A stretch of 53,455 nt of DNA, taken from NCBI GenBank assembly GCA_964447465.1, contig CAYUTR010000002.1, forward strand, positions 1 to 53,455. Reading direction: 5' to 3'. The DNA comes from an uncultured Chryseobacterium sp. Lineage in GTDB: Bacteria > Bacteroidota > Bacteroidia > Palsa-965. Of this stretch, positions 1-8,703 are shown piece by piece (the stretch's first letter is position 1; every line of letters starts with the position of its first letter). Under the pieces are notes generated by a model that saw nothing but the letters and a program-made list of their open reading frames with translations, was not told where the DNA came from and searched no databases. Made by a program: the position numbers and the translations under genes.

Positions 1-55
1 GGCTTTGTTGCGCCCAAGGGCGCTTTGCCACAGATTCGCAGATTACGCAGATTAA
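1..55. repeat. 55-nt repeat unit, copy 1 (GC hairpin gcgccc-aa-gggcgc followed by cagattcgcagattacgcagatt)
   Basis: The same 55 nt recur exactly at 600-654. A partial inverted copy lies at ~697-750. Confidence 0.9.
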
Positions 56-76
56 CAGATTTTTATTTTTAAAAGA

Positions 77-553
77 ATGAGTATGAAAAATTATGATGAC
101 ACATTAATCGAAACAGATTCTGACTGGATTGTTGCTGAACCTGAAATGGAATATGGTGAACAGGATTACCCATTCAAAAAAGAAACCTATAAACTCATAG
201 GGCTAGCAATGAAAGTCCATAGCTATCTGGGGAATGGATTTGATGAAATTGTTTATAAGGACGCTCTCGTGGAAGAATTAAATCAGGAAAATATTTCATT
301 CGAGCGAGAGAAAAAATATGAAATAGAATACAGAGGGACTATTCTGCCTCATCACTTTTTTGCTGACTTTGTAATTGAGAATAAAATTATTTTCGAAATA
401 AAAGCTCAGAAAGGAATTCACGAAGAAGCAGTCCCGCAAGTTCTCAATTATCTGGCGGCGTCAAAATTAAAAATTGGGCTGATCGTGAATTTCGGAGAAG
501 GCTCTCTTAGATACAAACGAGTTATATTCTCCCGTAAGGACAAAGATGAATAA
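77..553 (+). CDS. GxxExxY-family protein (PD-(D/E)XK nuclease-like superfamily)
   Basis: 158-aa ORF containing 'GNGFDEIVY' (G-x-x-E-x-x-Y signature) and a downstream 'DFVIENKIIFEIKA' block typical of this family. Confidence 0.85.
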   Translation: MSMKNYDDTLIETDSDWIVAEPEMEYGEQDYPFKKETYKLIGLAMKVHSYLGNGFDEIVYKDALVEELNQENISFEREKKYEIEYRGTILPHHFFADFVIENKIIFEIKAQKGIHEEAVPQVLNYLAASKLKIGLIVNFGEGSLRYKRVIFSRKDKDE

Positions 554-599
554 GCAATCTGAGAAATCGACTTAGCTGCTAATTTGAAGAATAGATCGT

Positions 600-654
600 G
601 GCTTTGTTGCGCCCAAGGGCGCTTTGCCACAGATTCGCAGATTACGCAGATTAA
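600..654. repeat. 55-nt repeat unit, copy 2 (direct repeat of 1-55)
   Basis: Base-for-base identical to 1-55. Together the two copies bracket the GxxExxY gene. Confidence 0.9.
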
Positions 655-696
655 AGAATTATTTTTTGCCCAAAATTTCAAACTACAATTTGCGAA

Positions 697-750
697 AATC
701 AGCGTAATCTGCGAATCTGTGGCAAGGGCGTGCTGGCACGCCAACAACAG
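697..750. repeat. Partial inverted copy of the 55-nt unit with a different GC hairpin (ggcgtgc-tg-gcacgcc)
   Basis: 702-725 'gcgtaatctgcgaatctgtggcaa' is the exact reverse complement of the central 24 nt of the unit. It can pair with copy 2 across a ~45-nt AT-rich spacer. Confidence 0.8.
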
Positions 751-765
751 AACCGAAACCAGATT

Positions 766-2022
766 ATGAAAGCAGAGGCGCAACAAGAAAACCAAGTAAA
801 AACCGTGAACCGCGACAACTTAATCCATATCGACCTCGACACCTTCTTCGTCTCCTGCGAGCGTCTCCTCGACTCGCGGCTGAACGGGAAACCCGTGCTC
901 ATCGGCGGAACTTCCGATCGTGGTGTGGTGGCGAGCTGCAGCTACGAAGCACGCGAGTTTGGTATTCACTCTGCAATGCCCATGAAACTTGCGCGGCAAT
1001 TGTGTCCGCAGGCAATTGTGATCAAAGGAAACGGTGGCATGTATGGAAAGTACAGCGCAATGGTGACCGAGATCATCGCAGAAGAATCTCCGTTGTTCGA
1101 AAAATCGTCCATTGATGAATTCTACATCGATGTTACCGGCATGGATAAATTCTTCGGCTGCTACAAGTGGGCACAGGAATTACGTGCACGCATCCGCAGA
1201 GAAACAGGTCTTCCGCTTTCCTTCGGACTCAGCACGAGCAAAGTAGTTTCGAAGATCACCACCGGAGAAGCAAAACCCGATGGACATAAACAGATTCTTC
1301 CCGGAGAAGAGAAAGCATTCCTTGCTCCGCTATCGGTGAAGAAAATTCCAGGCGTAGGCGATGCAACGTACAAGCTCATGCGCGATATGGGCATTGAGAA
1401 AATCAAAACGCTGCAGGACATGCCCGTGGAACTTATGGAAAAAGTTCTCGGCAAGAACGGCATCTCTATCTGGAAAAAAGCAAACGGACTCGATCGTTCG
1501 CCGGTGATTCCTTTTCACGAGAAGAAATCTATTTCATCTTCGCTTACATTCGAGCGCGACACGATAGACGTAACACGACTGAAAGAAATCCTCACCACCA
1601 TGGCAGAGAAACTTTCGTTCTATCTCCGCAACGGAAACAAACTCACGAGTTGCGTAACTGTTACTGTGCGTTACTCCGATTTCGATACACGTACACGACA
1701 GGAACGCATTCCTTTTACATCATGCGATCACACACTTATAAAAACAACACAGGATCTTTTCGATAGACTTTACGATCGTCGTGTACTCTGCCGTTTGGTA
1801 GGAGTGCGATTCTCTCATCTCACTGAGGGCGGACACCAGATCAATTTATTTGAAGACAGCGAAGAGATGATAAAACTTTATCAGGCTATGGATAAAATCA
1901 GAAACAGGTATGGACAGGAATCCATACAGCGTGCAGTGGCGATGGATAAAACGGGGATTGGGCAATTTGACAATCCGTTTAATGGACAGAGGAATTTTGT
2001 GCCGGCACATAGGCGCGCGTGA
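766..2022 (+). CDS. dinB: Y-family DNA polymerase (DinB / Pol IV-like)
   Basis: 'IHIDLDTFFVSCE' and 'SIDEFYIDVTG' match the catalytic Asp and Asp-Glu motifs of DinB. The ORF opens at GTG 730 inside the inverted repeat, so ATG 766 (MKAEAQ...) is the more plausible start. Confidence 0.85.
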   Translation: MKAEAQQENQVKTVNRDNLIHIDLDTFFVSCERLLDSRLNGKPVLIGGTSDRGVVASCSYEAREFGIHSAMPMKLARQLCPQAIVIKGNGGMYGKYSAMVTEIIAEESPLFEKSSIDEFYIDVTGMDKFFGCYKWAQELRARIRRETGLPLSFGLSTSKVVSKITTGEAKPDGHKQILPGEEKAFLAPLSVKKIPGVGDATYKLMRDMGIEKIKTLQDMPVELMEKVLGKNGISIWKKANGLDRSPVIPFHEKKSISSSLTFERDTIDVTRLKEILTTMAEKLSFYLRNGNKLTSCVTVTVRYSDFDTRTRQERIPFTSCDHTLIKTTQDLFDRLYDRRVLCRLVGVRFSHLTEGGHQINLFEDSEEMIKLYQAMDKIRNRYGQESIQRAVAMDKTGIGQFDNPFNGQRNFVPAHRRA

Positions 2023-2030
2023 TTGAGGCT

Positions 2031-2330
2031 TAACGCTGCGCGGGCTCTACACGGCGGCGCGGAGAAACGGAGAGTTCTGAAAATAATATATTGGCGACAA
2101 CCGAAACCCACGAGACACGGGCGCTAAAGCAACAAGTTACTCTAACGCTGCGCGGGCTTTACACGGAGGCACGGCGTAACGGAGGTTGTGAAAATGAGAT
2201 ATCGGTTTCTATCAAAACCCACGCGACACGGAGATCGCTGCGCGGGCTTTACACGGAGACACGGCGTAACGGAGAATTGTGAAAATGATATATCGACCTC
2301 AACCAAAGTCCACGCGGCACGGAGCGTTCT
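2031..2330. repeat. Three tandem ~90-110-nt imperfect direct repeats (core 'cgctgcgcgggctttacacggaggcacggcgtaacggag..tgtgaaaatga')
   Basis: Copies start at ~2031, ~2143 and ~2234. Each ends with 'aaacccacg(a/c)gacacgg'-like sequence. They fill the dinB-dnaE2 intergenic gap. Confidence 0.85.
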
Positions 2331-2375
2331 CTCATCTTCGATGTGAGTAATTTCTTCACATAGAAGATCGCTTTA

Positions 2376-2470
2376 GTCCCGATAGCTATCGGGACGCCGT
2401 TTCTCGTGGGTTTAGCATACAAAGTACGTCGCCGTTTCGCCGCGCCTCCGTGTAGAAGCGCCGCAGGCAG
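2376..2470. repeat. Perfect 20-nt palindrome (gtcccgatagctatcgggac) followed by an inverted, diverged copy of the 2031-2330 repeat unit
   Basis: 2396-2413 is the reverse complement of an 'aaacccacgagaaacggc'-type segment. 2428-2470 is the reverse complement of a 'ctgc..gcggcgcttctacacggaggcgcggcgaaacggcgac'-type segment. Both resemble the direct copies. Confidence 0.7.
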
Positions 2471-2480
2471 CCAAAAAAAC

Positions 2481-5400
2481 ATGTGGATTAATTGTCACTC
2501 TTATTTCTCTTACAAATACGGCACCCTCTCGCTGAAGCAACTCTTTGCCCAGGCGGCAACGTGCGGCTTTGAGCGTTTTGTCCTCACCGATATCAACTCC
2601 ACCTCTGCCGTTATTGATTTCATCCGCCTTGCACCCGAAAATGGAGTTCATCCCGTGGTGGGAATTGATTTCCGTAATGGCGCCGAACAGAAATACATCG
2701 GCATTGCGCGCAACAACAATGGCTTTCGTGAACTGAACGAACATCTCACCGAGCATAGTCATGCGGAGCAACCGTTTGAAAATCGTGCGCCGGAATTTTC
2801 CAATGCGTACGTGGTTTATCCATGGAATGAGAATACGCCCAACATCAATTCTCTCCGCGACAATGAATACATCGGCATTCGTCCTTCGCAGGTAAATAAA
2901 TTACTGTTCTCCGATATCAAACACAAACCACGCAAGCTGGTTGTATTGGCGCCGGTGACATTCGCTTCCAAAAAAGATTTCAATGCACACCGCTTGCTGC
3001 GTGCGATCGACAAGAATCTTTTGCTGAGTATGCTCCCGAAATCAGAAGAGAGTCCTGCAGATGAAATGCCAATGAGTGAAGATGAACTGCGCACGATCTT
3101 CATTCAGTTTCCGGGCATTATCAAAAACACCAAAGCACTCATCGGCGATTGCACCATTCACTTCAATTTCAGCACGAACAAGAACAAGAAACAGTTTCTC
3201 GGTTCGAACCAGGAAGATTTCGATCTCATTCGCGAGGAAGTAGAAAAAGGATTGATGTACCGCTACGGAACTACTGTTGTTCCATCGAATGTGCGTGAAC
3301 GTATCGACAAAGAACTGAAGCTCATACGCGATCTTGATTTCTGTGCGTATTTTCTCATTAATTGGGACATGGTGAATTACGCGCGGAGTCAGAATTACTT
3401 TTACGTTGGTCGCGGTTCCGGTGCAAATAGTATGGTGGCCTATCTTCTCCGCATCACCGATGTAGATCCGATTGAACTCGATCTGTACTTCGAGCGATTT
3501 ATTAATCCGTACAGAACCAATCCGCCCGACTTCGACATCGATTTCTCTTCGTACGAACGCAACGATGTAACGCGTTATCTTTTCGAGAAGCACGGCAACA
3601 AGCACACCGCTCTCGTTGGTGCGTACAATACTTTCCAGGGACGCGCGGTAGTCCGTCAACTCGGAAAAGTATTCGGCATGCCTGCAGATGAGATTGACAA
3701 ACTGCAGCGGGCGAAAAATTATTCTCAGGTAGATGAGATCGGTCAGCTTGTACTGAAGTACACCGATCACATCCAGGGATTTCCTGCTCACCTGAGTGTA
3801 CACTCGAGTGGTGTGATTATTTCTGATCTGCCTATCAGTACGTACACCGCTACGATGATGCCGCCGAAAGGATTTCCGACGATTCACTTCAGCATGTTGG
3901 AAGCAGAAGATGTTGGCTTACACAAGTTCGATGTGTTGGGTCAGAGGGGGTTGGGTAAGATAAAAGATACGTTAGAAATAATCAGAGGTAATCGTAAGCC
4001 GAGGGATGAATCCCTCGGGAATAAGATTGAGAATGGACCCACGGATTCTATTGAAGTTGGAATCGATACTGAGCTCGATTTTGACATTCACGACATCAAC
4101 CGTTTCAAAAAAGATCCGGAGATCAGAAAGTATCTGAAAGCCGGAGATGCGATCGGTTGTTTTTATGTGGAGTCGCCCGCGATGCGCATGTTGCTCACGA
4201 AACTTCGTGCAGAAGATTACCTGCGTCTGGTTGCGGCGAGTTCTATCATTCGTCCGGGTGTGGCTCAGAGCGGAATGATGAACGAGTACATCAATCGTTT
4301 TCATCACCCGGAACTGCGGGAGAAAGCACGTAACGATCTACCGGAGCTATACGACATTCTCCACGAAACATTCGGTGTGATGGTGTACCAGGAAGATGTG
4401 ATCAAAGTAGCACACTACTTCGCCGATCTTCCTTTGTCGGAAGCGGATATTTTGCGCAGAGGCATGTCGTGGAAATTTCGTGAGCGTTCGCAGTTCGATC
4501 TTGTGAAAAAACAGTTCTTCGATAACTGTATTGCCAAAGGGCATTCCATGGCTACCATACAGGGTATCTGGACACAGATCGAAAGTTTTGCGAACTATGC
4601 TTTCTCGAAAGGACATTCTGCGAGCTACGCCGTGGAAAGTTACCAGGCACTTTTCCTGAAGGTCCACTACCCGCTCGAATACATGGTCGCAACGCTTAAC
4701 AATGGTGGAGGATTTTACCGCGCCGATGTTTATTTGCACGAAGCGAAAAAATACGGTGGACAGATTGAACTACCCTGTATCAACCGCAGCGAAGGTCTGT
4801 GCGTGATCTATGGCAAAGAAATTTTCATCGGGCTGGGATTCATCAGTACACTTGAAGTTCCGGTGATCAATGCCATACGCCAGGATCGCATGCTCAACGG
4901 CGACTTCAAAAACCTCCGCGACTTTCTTCAGCGCATTTGTATTTCACTGGAACAATTGCGTCCGCTTATCCGGATTGGTGCTTTCCGTTTTACCGGAAAA
5001 TCAAAAAAGGAATTGCTGTGGGACGCACACTTCCTATTATCGGAATCAAAAAAGACAGCACCCGAAGCCAATCTTTTCGAAGTGGAAGTGAAAGAATTTA
5101 CCATTCCGGAATTATGGTCGCACGAATTGGAAGATGCCTACGATGAAATGGAACTGATCGGTTATCCTATACACACCTCTCCGTTTGCGATGCTGCGCGA
5201 AATTCCCGACCTGCCTTTGCTGGCGAAAGATATTCCGGCGAACATCAAGCGGGAAGTAACGATGCTGTTATATCTCGTGAATACCAAGTACACACAAACG
5301 CTGAAGGGCGTTCCTATGAATTTCGGAACATGGTACGATCAGCAAGGCGCGTGGGTAGATACCGTTCATTTTCCTGATTCCGCAGCAAATTTTCCTTTCC

Positions 5401-5627
5401 GCGGTCCGGGTTGTTATGTAGTAAAGGGAATGGTAATGGAAGAATACGGTTTTATTACGATCAACGTTTCGCACATGGAACGTGTTGCGATGAAAGATAT
5501 GGAAGCGGCAAACGTGCGGCTGAAACCGGCGAGTGTTACGGCAGAGGAAAGGGTGAGAAGAGAAATGGAGGCGGAACGGTTGCGGTTGGTGGAAGAAAAT
5601 ACGGAGGAGAAGAAAAGTGGAGATTAG
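2481..5627 (+). CDS. dnaE2: Error-prone DNA polymerase III alpha-subunit paralogue (DnaE2-type; N-terminal PHP domain)
   Basis: 'MWINCHSYFSYKYGTL...FVLTDINSTS' is a PHP-domain start. Pol III alpha core motifs are present ('GRGSGANSMVAYLLRITDVDP', 'FERFINPYRTNPPDFDIDF', 'HSSGVIIS', 'PGVAQSGM'). The ~1049-aa size and position next to a Y-family polymerase fit DnaE2. The GTG 2406 ORF start lies within repeats, so ATG 2481 is preferred. Confidence 0.8.
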   Translation: MWINCHSYFSYKYGTLSLKQLFAQAATCGFERFVLTDINSTSAVIDFIRLAPENGVHPVVGIDFRNGAEQKYIGIARNNNGFRELNEHLTEHSHAEQPFENRAPEFSNAYVVYPWNENTPNINSLRDNEYIGIRPSQVNKLLFSDIKHKPRKLVVLAPVTFASKKDFNAHRLLRAIDKNLLLSMLPKSEESPADEMPMSEDELRTIFIQFPGIIKNTKALIGDCTIHFNFSTNKNKKQFLGSNQEDFDLIREEVEKGLMYRYGTTVVPSNVRERIDKELKLIRDLDFCAYFLINWDMVNYARSQNYFYVGRGSGANSMVAYLLRITDVDPIELDLYFERFINPYRTNPPDFDIDFSSYERNDVTRYLFEKHGNKHTALVGAYNTFQGRAVVRQLGKVFGMPADEIDKLQRAKNYSQVDEIGQLVLKYTDHIQGFPAHLSVHSSGVIISDLPISTYTATMMPPKGFPTIHFSMLEAEDVGLHKFDVLGQRGLGKIKDTLEIIRGNRKPRDESLGNKIENGPTDSIEVGIDTELDFDIHDINRFKKDPEIRKYLKAGDAIGCFYVESPAMRMLLTKLRAEDYLRLVAASSIIRPGVAQSGMMNEYINRFHHPELREKARNDLPELYDILHETFGVMVYQEDVIKVAHYFADLPLSEADILRRGMSWKFRERSQFDLVKKQFFDNCIAKGHSMATIQGIWTQIESFANYAFSKGHSASYAVESYQALFLKVHYPLEYMVATLNNGGGFYRADVYLHEAKKYGGQIELPCINRSEGLCVIYGKEIFIGLGFISTLEVPVINAIRQDRMLNGDFKNLRDFLQRICISLEQLRPLIRIGAFRFTGKSKKELLWDAHFLLSESKKTAPEANLFEVEVKEFTIPELWSHELEDAYDEMELIGYPIHTSPFAMLREIPDLPLLAKDIPANIKREVTMLLYLVNTKYTQTLKGVPMNFGTWYDQQGAWVDTVHFPDSAANFPFRGPGCYVVKGMVMEEYGFITINVSHMERVAMKDMEAANVRLKPASVTAEERVRREMEAERLRLVEENTEEKKSGD

Positions 5628-5831
5628 TTCTATTGCCACCTGACATTTGTTTTCTATCCCCACAATGCTGTTGCATTATTTTTGAAGCGCAGCTTTTGCT
5701 TTTCAATTTTCCTTTGGTCCCGTCATCGCTATTGCACGGCAAAGCGCTTCTGCCATGGCTAGGAATTTTCTGTGGTTCGTTAAATTAATCAAAGGGGCAG
5801 GCGCTGTTCAAAAATTATTTCGGGTACACAT

Positions 5832-6677
5832 TCAGCCAACTGCAATTATACAACTTGACTTTTCGCAAATTCCGTTCGTACCTTCATACCAAAACAGCGG
5901 GCTAAAACCCGCGGCTATCGGCAACTCACTTCCCTCCCAATTAAAGTATTGCAGTGACATTGTGAAATCGTCAACCGCTAACTCGTATTGATTCGTATTA
6001 TAATATTCCAATCCTCTCTGGTGATACATATACCCCGTTCTATCGACAGCAATGCCTTTATTAAAACAATCAAATGCAGAATCCTGAAATCCTAAATCAG
6101 AATATAAAATCGCCAAATTACTCCAACCCAAAAGAAACGTTGAATCAACTTCAACTGCTTTTTTGAAGTCATTCATTGCACTATCCTTCTTGTTAATCGC
6201 AGTATAGAGATTACCCCTACTATTTAGTACAATCGCTGAATTTGGGTCCAACCTCAAGGCCTGGTTGTAATCACTCAACGCACCTACGGTATCGCCGGTT
6301 ATCTTTCTTCCATTCCCTCGCCAACAATGTGCTTCGAATGAATTACTATCTCTCGACAAAACAGCGTCAAGCAGAATGATTGACTCAGAATATTTACCCA
6401 AATGATATAGGGCAACAGACTTTCGTGTGGGTCCCCATGAACCAGTGCTGTCAATCGAGATTATCGAATCGCAAACTTTCAAGACGTCTGAGTATTGCTG
6501 ATTAGTTAGATGTGCATTCACGCGACTTTGTAGAACCTCCATGCTGGGATAGTCTTCTTTAGTCGCAATTCCACATGACACAATTTCAAAAGATGAGATG
6601 GCGATCAACGCACATACTACAAATGATCTCAGACCAACTCGATATTCCATACTCTTCTCTTTATAAATTCGCAACAC
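5832..6677 (-). CDS. TPR-repeat lipoprotein (putative immunity protein for the adjacent orphan Rhs tip)
   Basis: Signal/lipobox 'VVCALIAISSFEIVSCG' is followed by several TPR-like 34-aa units (e.g. 'ALSDYNQALRLDPNSAIVLNSRGNLY'). An alternative start is ATG 6650 (MEYRV). It begins 15 nt downstream of the Rhs-tip stop. Confidence 0.7.
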   Translation of the reverse strand: MLRIYKEKSMEYRVGLRSFVVCALIAISSFEIVSCGIATKEDYPSMEVLQSRVNAHLTNQQYSDVLKVCDSIISIDSTGSWGPTRKSVALYHLGKYSESIILLDAVLSRDSNSFEAHCWRGNGRKITGDTVGALSDYNQALRLDPNSAIVLNSRGNLYTAINKKDSAMNDFKKAVEVDSTFLLGWSNLAILYSDLGFQDSAFDCFNKGIAVDRTGYMYHQRGLEYYNTNQYELAVDDFTMSLQYFNWEGSELPIAAGFSPLFWYEGTNGICEKSSCIIAVG

Positions 6678-6692
6678 ATCTTCCTTACAAAA

Positions 6693-7745
6693 TTATTTTG
6701 GATTCATCCACTGATAAGGTAGTGGAGCTACCGGTAAATCATTGACACCCGGTGGACCGCAAGCAGGTACGTTGGTATTATCACGCGGCGCAGCACCAGG
6801 ATCAGCGACTGCCGGTAACTGATCGGGACCTGGGTCGGTAATTACAGCCTTTCCAACGTAATAAGCGACAGCGCAAGCGGTTCCTACCGGCCATGCTTTT
6901 GCAACATTATCCACCACGCCAAGTTCAAAAACAGTTATGGCTGCGTCTTTCACAGTTTCCGGCTGAATTTCTCCATAGGTTTCGAGATCACTCGCAATCT
7001 GCCCTCCGGTAGTTACCACATCTATCACGTTTCCGGCTGGCCCTAAATAACTCGTACCTGGTGGTGTGATCAGATTAGGAACTTTCGGTACGTTGTTTAG
7101 TGCGTCTCCTACGGCCACAGCATCGCCAACCGCACTAACAACGTCTAATGGATCAACAGGTTCCTCAGCCAAAGTATTGGTCGTAGTTGTCACAGTGGCT
7201 TTTCGCACTTGATCATTGTTCATTGAACCCATGAGAGTCCCATTGTTTCCAGGATTATTTGCATTGACTTCGGCCTGTCTTTCTGCTTCAACCTTTTGCG
7301 CCTGTTGATCAGCTACAAATTTTTCGTTGTCGAGTGCCGTCCGCGCAGCGGCTTCTTGGGATCTTTTAATATCGGCCGCCTTTCTTTGTGCTAGAATTGC
7401 TTGAGCTTTGGCCGCTGTTGTTGCACCACATGCCACGTATTTACTGGCTTCCAGACCGTCCAAGTCAATTGCCTGAATCGGAGTATTACTTGCGTACTGA
7501 TATGGAGTTAATTCAGGATAACTTTTTGTCAACGGATCTACACTTAAGAAACGTCCCAACCTCGAATTGTAAATTCTAAACCCATAATCGTAAGTTGAGG
7601 TTTCGCTGTCGGATTCCTTGCCATTGAAGTTGTAACGATATACTACCGTGAGGTTTTCAGAATTATTTTTTTTAGAAGGTGTAGAGATTTGAAAATAGTT
7701 TTCAGTTGTCCTGTATGATGTTTCCGAACGAACTGAATTTCGCAT
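6693..7745 (-). CDS. Orphan Rhs C-terminal cassette (end of Rhs core plus ~251-aa variable toxin domain); N-terminally truncated relative to a full Rhs
   Basis: 'YRYNFNGKESD...YDYGFRIYNSRLGRFLSVDPL...YQYASNTPIQAIDLDGLE' matches the Rhs-associated core end (PxxxxDPxGL type). It parallels 'YRYAFNGMESD...YRQYDPRIGRWMSKDP...NPIYCVDPSGLD' in the 2471-aa Rhs. No YD-repeat shell is encoded upstream. Confidence 0.75.
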   Translation of the reverse strand: MRNSVRSETSYRTTENYFQISTPSKKNNSENLTVVYRYNFNGKESDSETSTYDYGFRIYNSRLGRFLSVDPLTKSYPELTPYQYASNTPIQAIDLDGLEASKYVACGATTAAKAQAILAQRKAADIKRSQEAAARTALDNEKFVADQQAQKVEAERQAEVNANNPGNNGTLMGSMNNDQVRKATVTTTTNTLAEEPVDPLDVVSAVGDAVAVGDALNNVPKVPNLITPPGTSYLGPAGNVIDVVTTGGQIASDLETYGEIQPETVKDAAITVFELGVVDNVAKAWPVGTACAVAYYVGKAVITDPGPDQLPAVADPGAAPRDNTNVPACGPPGVNDLPVAPLPYQWMNPK

Positions 7746-7761
7746 GACTTAAAAATAACGA

Positions 7762-7795
7762 AAAACTCCTGAAGGTGTGTGCCTTCGGGAGTTTT
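7762..7795 (-). terminator. Rho-independent terminator-like hairpin downstream of the recombinase pair
   Basis: 14-nt stems 'aaaactcctgaagg' and 'ccttcgggagtttt' (one mismatch) flank a 6-nt loop. On the minus strand the hairpin is followed by a T-rich run (tcgttattttt). Confidence 0.6.
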
Positions 7796-7824
7796 ATTGT
7801 TCTCCAAACCAACGAACGTGCTAT

Positions 7825-8703
7825 TTATCCCATTGGATGCCATTTGTTGATTAGTTCACGTTCTTCCTGCTGGTTAGATTGACGGTATTTGATCGTGGTG
7901 GAAATCCATCTATGCCCTGCCATAAGTTGCACCTGCTCCAGTGGCAGACGCTTTTCATTGAGCCAATTGGCAACAACACTCTGACGGATTCCCGTTGGTG
8001 TCAAGTTGCGATCAGGGAAAAGTGGTTTGTAAGTAGAAACGATATAGTGAACATCATCAACGGTGATTGGCGCTCCGAGTTTTCCGACGATAAGTGCTTC
8101 TGTATTTACAGAAAGCAATTCACCACGCGTCTCGTTTATGTACTTGTCTAGGATTCGATATTGCTTCGCTGATATTTCAAGATGACGGCGAGAAAGCATA
8201 CGGCTTTCCTTAATGTAAATTGTTCCGCGCTCAAGATCAACGTGAGAGACTTTCAGGTTTACAATTTCATGCGGAACAAGTCCCTGGTGAATGAGTAAAG
8301 ACACAAGTGCTTGATTTTTCAACTTGAGCGCAGGATAACGTTCTTCCCGTTGCAGGAGCAATTCAAGTTCTTCAGTAGAAAAAAGATCGTTGTGAATCAC
8401 ACCACGATTTCTGTCAGTTCCTTTCAGGTGAAGTGATTTGCAGGGATGATCTTCACGCTTACCAATTTCAACGAGATAATCGTAGTACTTTTTGATTGCA
8501 GCTAAGAATCCGGCAACGGTGCGAATGTTCTTGTATTGGTTCTTTAAGTCATTCACGTAATCAATCACATCCTTGTAGTGATACTTTTCTGCCTTCGGAC
8601 AAATAGCCAAGAAATTCCCCACCGCGTACACGTAACTCTTCACTGTGCCGGAGGAATGTTTCATTTGACAGAGATACTTCTCAAATGTGAGGCTGTGCTG
8701 CAT
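7825..8703 (-). CDS. Tyrosine recombinase / phage-integrase-family protein (second of a pair)
   Basis: N-terminal SAM-like region 'FEKYLCQMKHSSGTVKSYVYAVGNFL'. C-terminal 'LMAGHRWISTTIKY' is a (H/G)H..(S/T)T..Y catalytic tail. It overlaps the upstream recombinase by 23 nt. Confidence 0.75.
   Translation of the reverse strand: MQHSLTFEKYLCQMKHSSGTVKSYVYAVGNFLAICPKAEKYHYKDVIDYVNDLKNQYKNIRTVAGFLAAIKKYYDYLVEIGKREDHPCKSLHLKGTDRNRGVIHNDLFSTEELELLLQREERYPALKLKNQALVSLLIHQGLVPHEIVNLKVSHVDLERGTIYIKESRMLSRRHLEISAKQYRILDKYINETRGELLSVNTEALIVGKLGAPITVDDVHYIVSTYKPLFPDRNLTPTGIRQSVVANWLNEKRLPLEQVQLMAGHRWISTTIKYRQSNQQEERELINKWHPMG

Noticed and set aside
448-902. Track ORFs 448-795 (-), 584-769 (+) and 699-902 (-)
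   Set aside because: They are read through the 55-nt repeat copies and the hairpin, which yields translations such as 'ATDSQITQI'. They overlap the GxxExxY and dinB genes, so they are most likely non-coding repeat sequence.
766-2022. Calling the Y-family polymerase ImuB because it neighbours DnaE2
   Set aside because: The catalytic Asp and Asp-Glu motifs appear intact, unlike ImuB, so it is annotated as DinB-like.
2031-2330. Possibility that the tandem repeats here, or the arrays at 26172-26562, are CRISPR arrays
   Set aside because: The repeats are contiguous with no unique spacers of regular length (2031-2330), or too short and irregularly spaced (26172-26562). No cas genes are present in the window.
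2091-2482. Track ORFs 2091-2282 (+) and 2249-2482 (-)
   Set aside because: They are translations of the tandem repeat units (repeated 'LRGLYTE.RRNG'), so they are repeat artefacts rather than genes.
5755-5991. 78-aa plus-strand ORF overlapping the 3' end of the TPR lipoprotein gene
   Set aside because: It is antisense to a supported CDS and has no motif or plausible start context.
7807-7820. 'aaccaacgaacgtg', an 11/14 match to the supercluster 14-mer, between the recombinase stop and the orphan Rhs tip
   Set aside because: It has three mismatches and is a single copy. It lies upstream of a terminator rather than in a promoter position, so it may well be chance.
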